Assembly (NCBI GenBank): GCA_965248265.1
Contig: CBDFJF010000002.1
Location: forward strand, 3,360,001 to 3,424,000
From: Candidatus Latescibacterota bacterium
GTDB lineage: Bacteria > Latescibacterota > UBA2968 > UBA8231
Length of the DNA stretch: 64,000 nucleotides
Reading direction: 5' to 3'
Part shown: positions 29,469 through 39,983 of the stretch, in pieces
Position numbering within the stretch: position 1 is the stretch's first letter
How the letters are laid out: every line of letters begins with the position of its first letter
Program-made: the position numbers and the translations under genes
Notes under the pieces: generated by a model
The model's database searches: none
Told to the model about the DNA's origin: nothing
The model's input: only the letters and a program-made list of their open reading frames with translations

Positions 29469-30716
29469 GTGAGCGAATCGACTAACACTTCAACCGGTCT
29501 CGGCTCATTGCTGCGCATCGCTGACTTTCGTCGTTTGTGGATCTGCGATGGGCTCATGTTCCAGGGGCTGTGGATGGAGGGGCTGGTCGTCGGCTGGCTC
29601 GTACTGGACATGACCGATTCTCCCTTCTGGGTCGCCATGGTCGACTTCTGCCGTGCCATACCGGTCCCCTTCGCGGGGTTGTTCGGACCGGTGTTGACGG
29701 ACCGTTTTCAGCGCCGGAGAGTCATTCTTGCCCTGCAGACGCTCAACGCACTGGCGCTGATGGCAATTGCCGTGCTGTATTGGAGCGATGCACTCGAATA
29801 CTGGCATCTGGCGGCGGCAGCAGCCGTCGGCGGTATCGTCTGGGGACTGGACTGGCCTAACCGGAGGGCCTTCATCCCGGATCTGGTTGGCAAGAGCCGG
29901 GTCGTCGACGGCATGCTCCTCGGCAACGGCGTGCAAGCTTTCGCGCGGGTCTCGGGTCCGCTGCTGGGCGGGGTGGCGCTGGCCGTCCTGGGAGTCGGCG
30001 GTGCCCTGGTGATTCTGGTATCGATGGCCATGCTCTCAGCGCTGCTCCTGATGGGAATCAAGTCCGATGCCAGATCTCCAGATGTTCCTCCCGGCATAGC
30101 ACGTTCTCTCAGCCGCGTCGTCGACGGGCTTCGCTATGTGCGTGGCCAACGCGTCATTCTCGGAATCATGGCAGTGACTGTCATCATGAATGTGTGGGCC
30201 TTCCCCTATCAGTCACTGCTACCAGTGTTCGCGCGAGACGTCCTCGGCAGCGGACCGGTAGGGCTGGGACTGTTGGCCTGCTCGAGCGGCCTTGGGTCGT
30301 TCCTCGGACTGCTCCTGGTGACTCGCTTCCGTCACGATCCTCGCCGGGTGCGAATTTTCACCGGTGGATCTCTCCTGTGCTGTGTCGGCCTCGTGGGTTT
30401 CGCCGGCTGCGAGCACTTTGCCCTCGCCGTACTCATGTTGCTGGTTGTCGGGCTCGGTCAAGCCGGCTTCAGTAGCATGCAGAGCACGATCCTATTAATG
30501 GAGGCGCCCGACCACATCCGCAATCGAGTCATGGGTACTCTGGTATGTGCTATCGGTATGGGCCCCTTTGGTAAAATCCAGGCGGGCAGTATAGCTACCC
30601 TCGCAGGAGCTCCGGTAGCCGTCGCGTCGATGTCCAGTTTTGCCATGATAGCGATGTCGATGGCCATCATAGTGTTGCCCGGCTTTGTGCGGCCCAGGTC
30701 CGTTTCCTCGCGTTGA
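29469..30716 (+). CDS. MFS transporter
   Basis: Multiple TM segments and an LTDRFQRRR MFS motif A. Confidence 0.9.
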   Translation: MSESTNTSTGLGSLLRIADFRRLWICDGLMFQGLWMEGLVVGWLVLDMTDSPFWVAMVDFCRAIPVPFAGLFGPVLTDRFQRRRVILALQTLNALALMAIAVLYWSDALEYWHLAAAAAVGGIVWGLDWPNRRAFIPDLVGKSRVVDGMLLGNGVQAFARVSGPLLGGVALAVLGVGGALVILVSMAMLSALLLMGIKSDARSPDVPPGIARSLSRVVDGLRYVRGQRVILGIMAVTVIMNVWAFPYQSLLPVFARDVLGSGPVGLGLLACSSGLGSFLGLLLVTRFRHDPRRVRIFTGGSLLCCVGLVGFAGCEHFALAVLMLLVVGLGQAGFSSMQSTILLMEAPDHIRNRVMGTLVCAIGMGPFGKIQAGSIATLAGAPVAVASMSSFAMIAMSMAIIVLPGFVRPRSVSSR

Positions 30717-30783
30717 AGAATTGACGACCGTGGACGGCACGGCCCTCCACTCACAAGTGTCTCGATCCGCGAAAGGCATTCTC

Positions 30784-31539
30784 ATGGCATCAACAATAGG
30801 CGCTCAGTTGTTCACGCTCCGGGATTCACTGAAGACACCGGATGAGATTCGCGTGACGCTCAAGGAATTGGCGCAACTGGGGTATGAGGCCGTGCAGGTT
30901 TCGGCTCTGGGGCCGATCGATCCGCTCGAGCTCCGTACCATCTGCGACGGCGAGGGGTTGCGGATCGTGGCTACCCACATTCGCTATGACGACATCCGTG
31001 AGTCGCCGCAAAAAGTCATCGATGAGCATGGAATATGGGACTGCACTCATGTCGGAATCGGCAGCATGCCCGCTGATTATCGTGGGGACATGGCTCGCTT
31101 TGCCGCCGAGGCGTCACGCACGGCGCGTCCGCTCATCGACGCCGGACTGACCTTCAACTACCATAACCACAGCTTTGAGATGGAGCGCTTCGGCAACAGG
31201 CCGGGTTTGCAGATTCTCGCCGAGGAGAGTGATCCGGAGGTGTTCTCCTTCGAGGTCGATGTCTATTGGATCCAGCATGGTGGAGGCAATCCCGCCTCCT
31301 GGCTGCGGAGGCTGAAGGATCGTATGTACGTCGTCCACCTCAAGGACATGGCCATGAACGGCAGCGAGCAGCTATTCGCCGAAGTAGGGGAGGGGAATCT
31401 CGAGTGGCCTGAGATTCTCCAGGCTTGCAAAGAGGCGAATATCGAATGGTATTTGATCGAGCAGGATATCTGTCAGCGAGGGCCCATGGAGAGTCTTGGC
31501 ATCAGTTTGAAGAATCTAGGTGCCATGGGTATGCACTGA
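30784..31539 (+). CDS. Sugar phosphate isomerase/epimerase (AP endonuclease 2 TIM barrel)
   Basis: YHNHSFE, EVDVYW, HLKD, EVGEG and EQD motifs. Confidence 0.92.
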   Translation: MASTIGAQLFTLRDSLKTPDEIRVTLKELAQLGYEAVQVSALGPIDPLELRTICDGEGLRIVATHIRYDDIRESPQKVIDEHGIWDCTHVGIGSMPADYRGDMARFAAEASRTARPLIDAGLTFNYHNHSFEMERFGNRPGLQILAEESDPEVFSFEVDVYWIQHGGGNPASWLRRLKDRMYVVHLKDMAMNGSEQLFAEVGEGNLEWPEILQACKEANIEWYLIEQDICQRGPMESLGISLKNLGAMGMH

Positions 31540-31551
31540 TCTGCGGTGGCG

Positions 31552-32319
31552 TCAGACGGCCTTGAGTTGGCCGACGAGACCGCAGTTTTGGATGATCTCG
31601 TCCTCGTTCATCATGCCCATCACGATGGAGTGGACACCAGACTGACCCAGTACGTAGCGCACGGCTGTTTCGGGGTTACCGGTGAGTTCGCTGCCACCCC
31701 CAACTACCTTCATGCCGTACACGCCCATGCCGGCCGCTACCATGCGCCCGATCACTGGAATCACCTCAGCTGGTTGCGCGCACATGCTGTGACCGGCATG
31801 ATTCAGGCGTACCAGGTTGACGTCGACCCATGACGTTTGGGAAGCAGTCTGCAAGGCACCGAAATCATGGCATGAACAACCAACAGCTCGAACGATTTCG
31901 CGTGACTTGAAATCGCTGAGGACGTCCATGACTCCGGACATCTCCTGCGGCCAGTCGGAATCAGTGAGACAGTGCAGCAGGATGATATCGATGTAGTCGG
32001 TGTCGAGCTCGCGTAGAAAACGCTCGACGTCAGCTCGTACCCCATCCGCGTCGCGAGTGGTGGTTTTGGTCGCTATCGTCACCGACTCTCGTTCCACTTC
32101 GCGTAGCGCCAGGGCAACATGGGGGTGCGTGCCGTACTGGTCGGCCGTGTCCCAGAATGTCACACCGTGGTCATACGCGAAGCGCAGCAGGTAGGCCAGG
32201 CGCTCATGGCCCAGATCACCCTGGTTGGATCGATGGTTCCAGCCCTGTGTTCCGGTTCCAAAGCAGAGGGGCGATACCCGCAACCCTGTCAGTCCGAGAT
32301 CAACCGTTTCCATCGTCAC
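31552..32319 (-). CDS. Aldo/keto reductase
   Basis: WDTADQYG, IATK and TDYIDIILLH motifs. Confidence 0.92.
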   Translation of the reverse strand: MTMETVDLGLTGLRVSPLCFGTGTQGWNHRSNQGDLGHERLAYLLRFAYDHGVTFWDTADQYGTHPHVALALREVERESVTIATKTTTRDADGVRADVERFLRELDTDYIDIILLHCLTDSDWPQEMSGVMDVLSDFKSREIVRAVGCSCHDFGALQTASQTSWVDVNLVRLNHAGHSMCAQPAEVIPVIGRMVAAGMGVYGMKVVGGGSELTGNPETAVRYVLGQSGVHSIVMGMMNEDEIIQNCGLVGQLKAV

Positions 32320-33505
32320 CTTCCTTCGGGTCAGCAGCCCGCGGGACGTTCATGGTCTCTCGCAACCTGGCGGCATGTTGTGGCTGGCCTCGATCCAGGG
32401 CCGTCTTGAGATGTTGGGTGGCCGACTTCAAGAGCGCGTCGATGCCGTCATGGTTGGTCGCGAATGCGACCAACAGCTTGACAAGTCCCAGAGCGTCGTC
32501 CAGGTGGATGCGCTCCGGCCGCAACCCCTTCTTGCCGTTGTTGTGATAATTCTCCAGTGGCAGGGCGAGCGCACCGGTGCGGAAACCGGCCTGCATCAGC
32601 ATGCTGGCCTCACAGGCACCGCCATCCATCAACTTGCGTTGGAAGCGGAAGTCCCTGTCGAGACTCGCTGCCACATAACTCATTCCCGCCGTCACTTCCG
32701 GATCGAAGATCGACAATCGATCGCCAACGCGTATGATCGGCCCGTCGCCGGGCACGGCTCCTGCCGGAGCGGCGTTCGAGCACTCGATGTTCACGTAGAC
32801 ATTTTCCCTGTCCAGGTCACCGACGGCCGCGGCCATGCCGCCGAAGCCGATCTCCTCGGCTCGCGTCAGGAGTAAGCCGGCGCGGACCGGTTCGTTCGCC
32901 CTGCTCAGGCAGAGCAGGTAGTGCAGTCCGCATGCCACGCCCGCCAGGTCGTCACACGCGCGACCCCTGATCCGGCGTTTGCGCTTTTCGAACGCGACCA
33001 GATTCCACATGGCAAAGCTGCCAGACTGTATCGTATCGCCATCTGAGCGGGCTACCCGTACGCTGAAACCGGATTCAGCAGGGGACGACCCGCTGTCAGC
33101 AGCGCTTTCATCGATGACGGCCGTGATCCTGCCCCCGACCGGTGGTTGTGACGGGGAGTGGTGAGTGCTGTAGATGGCGACCTTCGCCTCTTTCGCGAAC
33201 CGCATCGGAACACCACCCTTTTTAAAAAACAGGAAATCGCGCTCAGAGAGGCGTTCCTGAAACACCAATCCAGGGTGATCCATGTGCGCGGTGGCAACCA
33301 GGTGGGGTCCGCCTCGCCTGGTTGCGGTGCCTTCATGCACCAACAGGAGATTACCTACGGAATCTTCGTGCAGACTCAGAGTCGGCAGTTGAGCCGCGAA
33401 ATCCTTGACAAACCGCGATACCAGATCCTCGCAGAACGGGGCAGTCGGCAGGCTCATCACCTTCTGAGCCAGTTGCAGAAACTCGTCTTCTTGTAGCGTG
33501 ATCAC
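32300..33505 (-). CDS. M20/M28/M42-type metallopeptidase
   Basis: AHMDH, ACDDLAG, AEEIG and YHN metal ligands. Confidence 0.85.
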   Translation of the reverse strand: MITLQEDEFLQLAQKVMSLPTAPFCEDLVSRFVKDFAAQLPTLSLHEDSVGNLLLVHEGTATRRGGPHLVATAHMDHPGLVFQERLSERDFLFFKKGGVPMRFAKEAKVAIYSTHHSPSQPPVGGRITAVIDESAADSGSSPAESGFSVRVARSDGDTIQSGSFAMWNLVAFEKRKRRIRGRACDDLAGVACGLHYLLCLSRANEPVRAGLLLTRAEEIGFGGMAAAVGDLDRENVYVNIECSNAAPAGAVPGDGPIIRVGDRLSIFDPEVTAGMSYVAASLDRDFRFQRKLMDGGACEASMLMQAGFRTGALALPLENYHNNGKKGLRPERIHLDDALGLVKLLVAFATNHDGIDALLKSATQHLKTALDRGQPQHAARLRETMNVPRAADPKEGDDGNG

Positions 33506-33682
33506 GTCAGAGGCCTTGGGTTGGAAGGTGGTCGGGAACGATCAATGCAATAGCATCGTCAGTCAAGGGGAATGGCCGCCTCACTTCTGGACGGACTCTG
33601 GAGGTCCGGCTATATTGATGGGTGCGGATTGGGTAATCTCTCCTCGTAAATCGTGCCGCCGGACGGTGCTCGCAAGAGCCCC

Positions 33683-34093
33683 ATGACCGGTCTGGCGAAT
33701 GGTTGGCTCGCTCTCGTGGCAGGTATTCTCAATCGATTATTCGAGGTCGCGCGTGTTCGCCTGCAGGATGCATATGCTTCTGAGAGGCCGGGCTCGGTGC
33801 CGTTGACGGGCGACCCGGAAGATGAGGCCACCCAGCACCATGACCAGGTATTCGCCCAGGAAGAGAATCCGCTGGCCCAGTACTACGCCAACCTCGAGAT
33901 CCCGCAAGGCTCGGATTTAAACACGGCGCGCCGAGCCTGGAAGCGAATGATGAAGCGCTACCATCCGGATTTACACTCTGGTGATCCGGAGAGGGTCAAG
34001 CTCGCCAATGAGCTGTCAGCCAAGTTGACCGAAGCCTACCGCGCGCTGGAGGCAAACCTCAGTGGCGGCGAGGCGGGCACGGGTTCGTTTTAG
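33683..34093 (+). CDS. J-domain (DnaJ-like) protein
   Basis: YYANLEI...KRYHPD...LTEAY. Confidence 0.88.
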   Translation: MTGLANGWLALVAGILNRLFEVARVRLQDAYASERPGSVPLTGDPEDEATQHHDQVFAQEENPLAQYYANLEIPQGSDLNTARRAWKRMMKRYHPDLHSGDPERVKLANELSAKLTEAYRALEANLSGGEAGTGSF

Positions 34094-34104
34094 GAGAAAA
34101 GCAG

Positions 34105-34503
34105 ATGTCAGATAGTTTCGAAAAGGTCAAGGAGTTCGTCCTCGAACTCGGGTTCCGCATCGACGAGGAGATTGCCGAGGAGGAGATCGTCATCGTCAAT
34201 GATGAGGACAGGGGGATCCGCAACCTGGTCATCGATTGTGAGGATTCCGTCCTGGTCATCGAGCAGTTGATCCTGAAATTCGAGGGGAAACCTGGAGCCG
34301 GAGTGTTTGAGCGCATTCTGCAGATGAATCGGGAGCTGGTTTTCGGGGCTTTCGTCCTCAACGAGACGAGTGACACCTTGCTCTACCGCAATACCCTGGC
34401 TCTCGACAATCTGGATCTGAACGAGCTGGAAAGCACGTTGAACGCCCTCAGTCTCGGTCTGGCTGAGAACGGACAGGAATTGCTCGCGTTCTTGAATAAG
34501 TAA
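34105..34503 (+). CDS. CesT/Tir-chaperone-like (YbjN-like) protein
   Basis: Acidic 132-aa protein with LQMNRELVFGAF and LDNLDLNELE, directly upstream of pspA. Confidence 0.8.
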   Translation: MSDSFEKVKEFVLELGFRIDEEIAEEEIVIVNDEDRGIRNLVIDCEDSVLVIEQLILKFEGKPGAGVFERILQMNRELVFGAFVLNETSDTLLYRNTLALDNLDLNELESTLNALSLGLAENGQELLAFLNK

Positions 34504-34518
34504 AAGGAGAAGACCAAA

Positions 34519-35235
34519 GTGGCTGGAATATTCCAACGTCTGTTCAAATCGGGTGAAGCTGAAGCACATGCACTGATCGACAAGCTCGAAGATCCCATCA
34601 AGATGAGTGATCAGGCAATCAGAGACCTGAAAAAGGATCTCCAGGAGAGCTTGAAAAGCCTCGGAGAGGTGAAGGCGCTGGCCATTCGCATGGGCAAAGA
34701 CGCCGACGAGGGCAAACGGCTGGCAGTGGACTACGAACGCAAGGCCATGCTGTTATTGCAGCAGGGTCAGGATGGCAAGCTGGATGCATCAGAGGTGGAG
34801 AGGCTGGCGCGGGAGGCCCTGGTGCGAAAAGAGGATGCCTCGACCAAGGCGGTGGAGTCGTCGAAACAGCACCAGGCTCAGCAGCAGATGGTGGCAACCA
34901 TTCAGAACAACGTCAACGAATTGAAGTCGAAGATCTCGTCCTACGAGAACGACCTCGTGACCTTGAAGGCACGCGCAAAGACTGCCAACGCCACGCGCAA
35001 GATCAACGAGCGTCTCTCGAATGTGGATTCCAATGGGACGGTCGCCCTTCTCGAACGCATGAAGGAGAAGGTGGAAGAAGAAGAAGCGCTGGCCGAAGCC
35101 TACGGCGACATGGCTGACGCCTCCACGTCCGTGGATGACGAGATCGATCGCGCCCTGGCCGGCGGCAGCACGGCCAAGGCGGACGACTCATTGGCCCAGC
35201 TAAAGGCCAAAATGGGGTTGGATCAGGGTAGTTGA
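34519..35235 (+). CDS. pspA: PspA/IM30 (ESCRT-III-like) family protein
   Basis: Amphipathic [16 protein letters not shown], a coiled coil, LERMKEKV and LAQLKAKMG. Confidence 0.93.
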   Translation: MAGIFQRLFKSGEAEAHALIDKLEDPIKMSDQAIRDLKKDLQESLKSLGEVKALAIRMGKDADEGKRLAVDYERKAMLLLQQGQDGKLDASEVERLAREALVRKEDASTKAVESSKQHQAQQQMVATIQNNVNELKSKISSYENDLVTLKARAKTANATRKINERLSNVDSNGTVALLERMKEKVEEEEALAEAYGDMADASTSVDDEIDRALAGGSTAKADDSLAQLKAKMGLDQGS

Positions 35236-35353
35236 TTCACCAACATCCCCGCGCTATGCCATCGGCTTCTGGCGTCGCCGGACGATCTGACACTCCTAGC
35301 ACTCCACCTGTTTTCTCGTGCAGACGATTGCTGATTCAGCATTGGCCTGACAC

Positions 35354-37033
35354 ATGCCATCACTGAGTCGCCGCCGGTTCCTGCAATTGACCGCGGCCGG
35401 CGGCCTGTGGCCACTGGCCTGCGAACGCCCCTCGCATGTAACTCGCCGATCCTTCGACATACCGGGTACCTTTGCCGATGCCAACCTGGCCGAGCGCGGC
35501 CATCTGCTGCGCCGGGAGAGCATGAGGCATTGGTTCTCTATTCCGGCGGCAGCGGGCCGGGTCTGGGATGTCGTCGTTGTGGGCGGGGGCATCTCCGGAC
35601 TCACGGCCTGCTGGAAGTTGCGAAGGATGGGCATCGAGCGTGTCCTGCTGCTAGAGTTGGCTTCTCAACTCGGAGGGACTTCCTCGTCCGGATCGACGGA
35701 TGGCCATGCCTTCCCCTGGGGAGCGCACTACATAAACATTCCTCCACCCGAAGCGGATTGTATCCATGAGATTCTCACGGATACAGAAGTCATCAGCGGC
35801 TACGACGCGGCGGGTCGACCGCTCGTCGATCGGGAGCACATCCTGCGGTGGCCGCGAGAGCGGCTGTACCAGGAAACGTGGACCGAAGGACTGGAGCCCT
35901 TTCTCGGAGCGCCGAAGTCGGAGGTCGAGGTCTATCAGCAGTTCGAGGACCAGATGCTGCAGTGGACCCTGTATCGAGGGAGGGATGGACGCAAGGCGTT
36001 CGCCATGCCACTGGACTACAGCACCACCGACGCCGCCGTACGAGAACTCGATTCGATCTCCATGCTCGAATACCTCCGGGCCCAGGGATGGAGCTCTCAG
36101 CGGCTGGACTGGCTAGTGGATTACGCCTGTCGTGACGATTATGGCAGTCGAATCACAGAAGTCTCGGCCTGGGCAGCCATCCACTACTATGCTTGCCGGC
36201 GCTATGATGCGCGTGTTGCTGATGAGTACCCATCAGATACACTCACCTGGCCCGAAGGAAACGCCTTTCTGGCCAGACGACTGGCCCGCGACCTCGACCC
36301 GGATGGCTGTCGCCTCGACACTGCCGTGGTAGCGATACGCAATGATGCTGGAGGATGTGAGCTGGCCTGCGTGCGATGGCCAGGTCTTGAAGCTGAGCGC
36401 GTTCGAGCGAGGAGCGTCGTCTATGCCGGGAAACTGCACGGCCTTCCCTACGTCCTCAGGGACCTCCCGGACGTTCAGCGGCGCTCCCTCACCAACATGG
36501 GCTACAGCCCCTGGTTGGTGGCCGCCATTCACGTCACATCCCTGCCGGGGGAGGAATCGGGAACGACCGTGGCCTGGGACAACATTCTCTACGACAGTGC
36601 TTCGCTGGGGTACATCGTAGCAGGCCATCAGCGGGCACCCCGCAATGGAGCCGGCGAGGTCCTCGTGTACTATCTGCCGATGAGTGAGAGCGAGGGCCGT
36701 CAGCTGTTGTTGACGCGCTCCCATGCGGAGTGGGTCAACCTCATCATGAGCGATCTCTCGCGGGCACATCCCCAGTTGGAAGATTCGGTCGAGCGCATCG
36801 ATCTGTACCGGTGGGGACACGGCATGGTCCGTCCTGTTCCCGGATCGATATTCGGTCCGGATGCCGACCAGCGCCGTACCCCGGTCGGGGCTGTTGCCCT
36901 GGCCTCTTGCGACGTGACCGGGCTGCCGCTATTCGAGGAAGCTTGCTACAGCGGCGTCAGGGCGGCTGAATGGTGCGCCCGCCGTCTGGGTGCTTCATTC
37001 GAAACCTCCTTGAAAGGTCTGCAGCGTGCCTGA
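35354..37033 (+). CDS. Tat-exported FAD-dependent amine-oxidase-like protein
   Basis: SRRRFLQ Tat motif, GGGISGL, WGAHY, YACRDDYG, RWGHGM and LFEEA. Confidence 0.88.
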   Translation: MPSLSRRRFLQLTAAGGLWPLACERPSHVTRRSFDIPGTFADANLAERGHLLRRESMRHWFSIPAAAGRVWDVVVVGGGISGLTACWKLRRMGIERVLLLELASQLGGTSSSGSTDGHAFPWGAHYINIPPPEADCIHEILTDTEVISGYDAAGRPLVDREHILRWPRERLYQETWTEGLEPFLGAPKSEVEVYQQFEDQMLQWTLYRGRDGRKAFAMPLDYSTTDAAVRELDSISMLEYLRAQGWSSQRLDWLVDYACRDDYGSRITEVSAWAAIHYYACRRYDARVADEYPSDTLTWPEGNAFLARRLARDLDPDGCRLDTAVVAIRNDAGGCELACVRWPGLEAERVRARSVVYAGKLHGLPYVLRDLPDVQRRSLTNMGYSPWLVAAIHVTSLPGEESGTTVAWDNILYDSASLGYIVAGHQRAPRNGAGEVLVYYLPMSESEGRQLLLTRSHAEWVNLIMSDLSRAHPQLEDSVERIDLYRWGHGMVRPVPGSIFGPDADQRRTPVGAVALASCDVTGLPLFEEACYSGVRAAEWCARRLGASFETSLKGLQRA

Positions 37034-38588
37034 CGCCGAAGGCCAGGAGGTCCGTGAGCCAGGGGTGGGTGGAGATATTTCTCGCCTGGGCTTGGCGATG
37101 TTGTTGGCTGCTATCTTTGCCGCAGCCGCCTGCGCCATTGTCTACGAGCTGCTGATCGGTGCGGTCTCCTCGTATTTCCTCGGTGACAGCGTCGAGCAGT
37201 TTTCGCTGACGATAGGATGTTTTCTGTTTGCCATGGGCCTTGGATCGTGGGCTTCCAGACTCATCCATGGCAATCTGATCGAGCGTTTTGTCGGTCTCGA
37301 AATCGCGCTTGGATTGGTCGGGGGATTGACGGTACCCGCCCTGTATCTGGCGTATGCCTACACCGACCACTACCGGTTCGTCCAGATTGCCGTCATCCTC
37401 ATCATCGGTAGTCTGATCGGACTGGAACTACCGCTGTTGACGCGCATCTTGCGCGGGTGCGGCAGCCTGCGGACGATTCTGGCGAATGTGCTGTCGCTGG
37501 ATTACTTCGGATCCCTGGTCGCGGCCCTTCTCTTCCCGTACCTGCTGCTGCCGCTTCTGGGGGCCTTCCACACGTCGCTGGCTACCGGGGCGCTCAACGC
37601 CATCATCGGCTTGGTGCTGCTGATCGCCGTTCGCACGCTGGTGCAACCCGTGGCCGGACTGGTTCTGGGCATCGGTGGGGCCGTCATCATAGCCGTGCTT
37701 GGTTTGCTGCTGCTGAACGCGGACGCCCTGCAGGAGCGTTGGGAGGCGTCCCTGTACACGGAAACCGTCGTCCACAGCGAGCAGACCCGCTACCAGAAAG
37801 TCGTGCTCACCCAATGGCAGGACGAATTGCGGTTATACCTGGACGGCCACCTGCAATTCTCATCTGCTGATGAATACCGCTACCACGAGTCCCTGGTCCA
37901 ACCGGCCATGGCGTTGACGCGATCGCGCGAGCGTGTGCTGGTAATTGGTGGTGGGGACGGACTTGCGGTCAGAGAGGTCCTGAAACATTCGGATGTGCTC
38001 GCAGTCGAGGTCGTCGATATCGATCCAGCAGTGACTCGCCTGGCGCGCCGCGATTTGCGCCTGACGGCGATCAACGAAAACGCGCTCAACTATCCCAAAG
38101 TACGTATCTTTAACCAAGATGCGTTCGCGTTCCTGCAGCGTTCACATGTGCCCTACGGCGTGATCATCATGGATCTGCCCGATCCCCGTTTCGAGGCGTT
38201 GGCCAAGCTGTATTCGGTGGAGGGCTACCGACTTTGCCGCAGGCATCTGGCGGTGGGAGGGGTTGTGGTCACTCAGGCGACGAGTCCGTATTATGCCCGC
38301 AGGACGTACTGGACCATCGCAGCTACCCTGGAGGCGGCGGGTTTCGAGGTTTTTCCGTACCATGCTTATGTTCCGTCATTCGGCGAATGGGGTTTTCACC
38401 TGGCCGCGCTGCGGAAGATCGATCCGGTCCGGATAAGAGTTCCAGTTGCGGGTCGTTTTTTCGAGGAGTCCATGTTCAAGCACATGCTTCTCTTTCCAGA
38501 TGATATGCGGCGGGTCGATGTCGAGGCGAACCGCATCGACAGACCGCACATTGCGCGCCATTATCGCGAGGATTGGAGCGCCTGGTAA
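37026..38588 (+). CDS. speE: Membrane-anchored polyamine aminopropyltransferase (spermidine synthase-like)
   Basis: N-terminal TM bundle, then LQFSSADEYRYHE, GGGDG and DLPDP. Confidence 0.92.
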   Translation: MPDAEGQEVREPGVGGDISRLGLAMLLAAIFAAAACAIVYELLIGAVSSYFLGDSVEQFSLTIGCFLFAMGLGSWASRLIHGNLIERFVGLEIALGLVGGLTVPALYLAYAYTDHYRFVQIAVILIIGSLIGLELPLLTRILRGCGSLRTILANVLSLDYFGSLVAALLFPYLLLPLLGAFHTSLATGALNAIIGLVLLIAVRTLVQPVAGLVLGIGGAVIIAVLGLLLLNADALQERWEASLYTETVVHSEQTRYQKVVLTQWQDELRLYLDGHLQFSSADEYRYHESLVQPAMALTRSRERVLVIGGGDGLAVREVLKHSDVLAVEVVDIDPAVTRLARRDLRLTAINENALNYPKVRIFNQDAFAFLQRSHVPYGVIIMDLPDPRFEALAKLYSVEGYRLCRRHLAVGGVVVTQATSPYYARRTYWTIAATLEAAGFEVFPYHAYVPSFGEWGFHLAALRKIDPVRIRVPVAGRFFEESMFKHMLLFPDDMRRVDVEANRIDRPHIARHYREDWSAW

Positions 38589-38601
38589 AGGCACAATTGG
38601 T

Positions 38602-39171
38602 ATGGGATTAGGCAAGTGGTTGAAGCGGGGGAGGGGCGATCAGGATGACGAGGTCGTCGGCGAGTACACTCTGGTTATGATGAAGCCCGGTTTTCTCGTG
38701 GACTTCGATCTCAAGACCTGGCAGGTGATCGCAAAGAAGGAGTACGACTACGAGGGCGACCGGGCCATGGAATGGGAACTGCGTGCTGAAGGTGAAGTCC
38801 GCTTTCTGGAACGCTCGGAGGATGACGGCCGGGTCGAGCTGACTCTCACGCGTAGTGTATCCATCCGTGACTTCGATGAGGATGTGATGGGCACGATCCT
38901 GGATGAGGATGACCCGCCCGAGGTCGTCCATCTGTCCGGGGGTGAGTACACGGCGATCGAATCGAGTACGGGCACCCAGAGGGATGGGGAGAAGGAAACC
39001 GAGGACGCGGATACCGACAACGGCCGCGACTTCGTCAGTTGGACCTATGAATCGGAAGACGGTCATGTAGTGTTCGTTCTGCGTTGGGGCGATCGCGATT
39101 TTTCTGCCTACGAGGGTGAGTATGTTGAAGAGTACCAGTTCACGGATATTCTCCCGGCCACATTGTCTTAG
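38602..39171 (+). CDS. DUF4178-like protein
   Basis: Acidic beta-rich protein with the W-x-V...EW pattern, in the PspA/DUF350 context. Confidence 0.75.
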   Translation: MGLGKWLKRGRGDQDDEVVGEYTLVMMKPGFLVDFDLKTWQVIAKKEYDYEGDRAMEWELRAEGEVRFLERSEDDGRVELTLTRSVSIRDFDEDVMGTILDEDDPPEVVHLSGGEYTAIESSTGTQRDGEKETEDADTDNGRDFVSWTYESEDGHVVFVLRWGDRDFSAYEGEYVEEYQFTDILPATLS

Positions 39172-39209
39172 GTGGCCGCAGCCACACTGTCCTAAGTGGC
39201 AGCAGCCAC
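39157..39209. repeat. 24-bp tandem repeat (two copies plus a partial), each copy a GCCAC...GTGGC hairpin
   Basis: gccacattgtcttaggtggccgca / gccacactgtcctaagtggcagca / gccac. Confidence 0.6.
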
Positions 39210-39268
39210 GCCGCACTGAGTCGATCTCATCGTGTCGTGCGCGCAGGGCCATTCTGCTCGCATCATCG

Positions 39269-39949
39269 ATGCTGCTGCTGATGGGGATCCTGGGGTGCGG
39301 TCGTGCGCCGGATCCAGTGCGGGATTTGAGCCGGGACCTCGGTCGATATCCAGAGTACTCCCTCATCATCGACGATCTGAACGTGGAGGACGGGTTCTTC
39401 CCCGATTACTTCATGCGCTTCCGCCTGTTGACGGCCTCGGGGCAGCGCGTGGCAGGGGTGGACACACTAATTTATGAGACTCGAACGACGGAGTGGCAGG
39501 AGGTCAGCGAGGAGGTTTTTGCACGGTATCAACACTACCTGGGCATGGTCGTTGCAGCCAAGGGCGCTGATGGAAAGCGCACTGGCTTGCAGCAGGCGCA
39601 TCCGCCCGGATATCAATACGTCGGAAACTCTAACTACGGCTACTGGGGTGGGGGTGGTTTCTGGGCCTTTTACGGGCAGTACGCCTTCATGAGCAGCATG
39701 CTCGGCGGCCATCAGATCGGACGCCAAGATTACGGAAACTACCGTCGTTCCGGCGACGGGGGACGAGCTTATTTCGGTCCAAACAAGAACGGACGTCCAG
39801 CCTTTGGCACTCGTGGCAGCGTTACGCAGAAGACTAAACCACAATTCTATCAGCGTTACCGGCAGCGGATGAGTTCTTCCGGCAGGGGATTCGGGAGCAG
39901 GGGGACGACGAGCACCAGTCGCTCAGGCTCGCGACGGTTTGGAAAATAG
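39269..39949 (+). CDS. Lipoprotein with a Gly/Arg/Ser-rich C-terminal tail
   Basis: Lipobox ILGC, PPGYQYVGN and FWAFYGQY; start uncertain. Confidence 0.8.
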   Translation: MLLLMGILGCGRAPDPVRDLSRDLGRYPEYSLIIDDLNVEDGFFPDYFMRFRLLTASGQRVAGVDTLIYETRTTEWQEVSEEVFARYQHYLGMVVAAKGADGKRTGLQQAHPPGYQYVGNSNYGYWGGGGFWAFYGQYAFMSSMLGGHQIGRQDYGNYRRSGDGGRAYFGPNKNGRPAFGTRGSVTQKTKPQFYQRYRQRMSSSGRGFGSRGTTSTSRSGSRRFGK

Positions 39950-39983
39950 GATCGCACGATCGTGAACTGGATAATCGGAGGCG

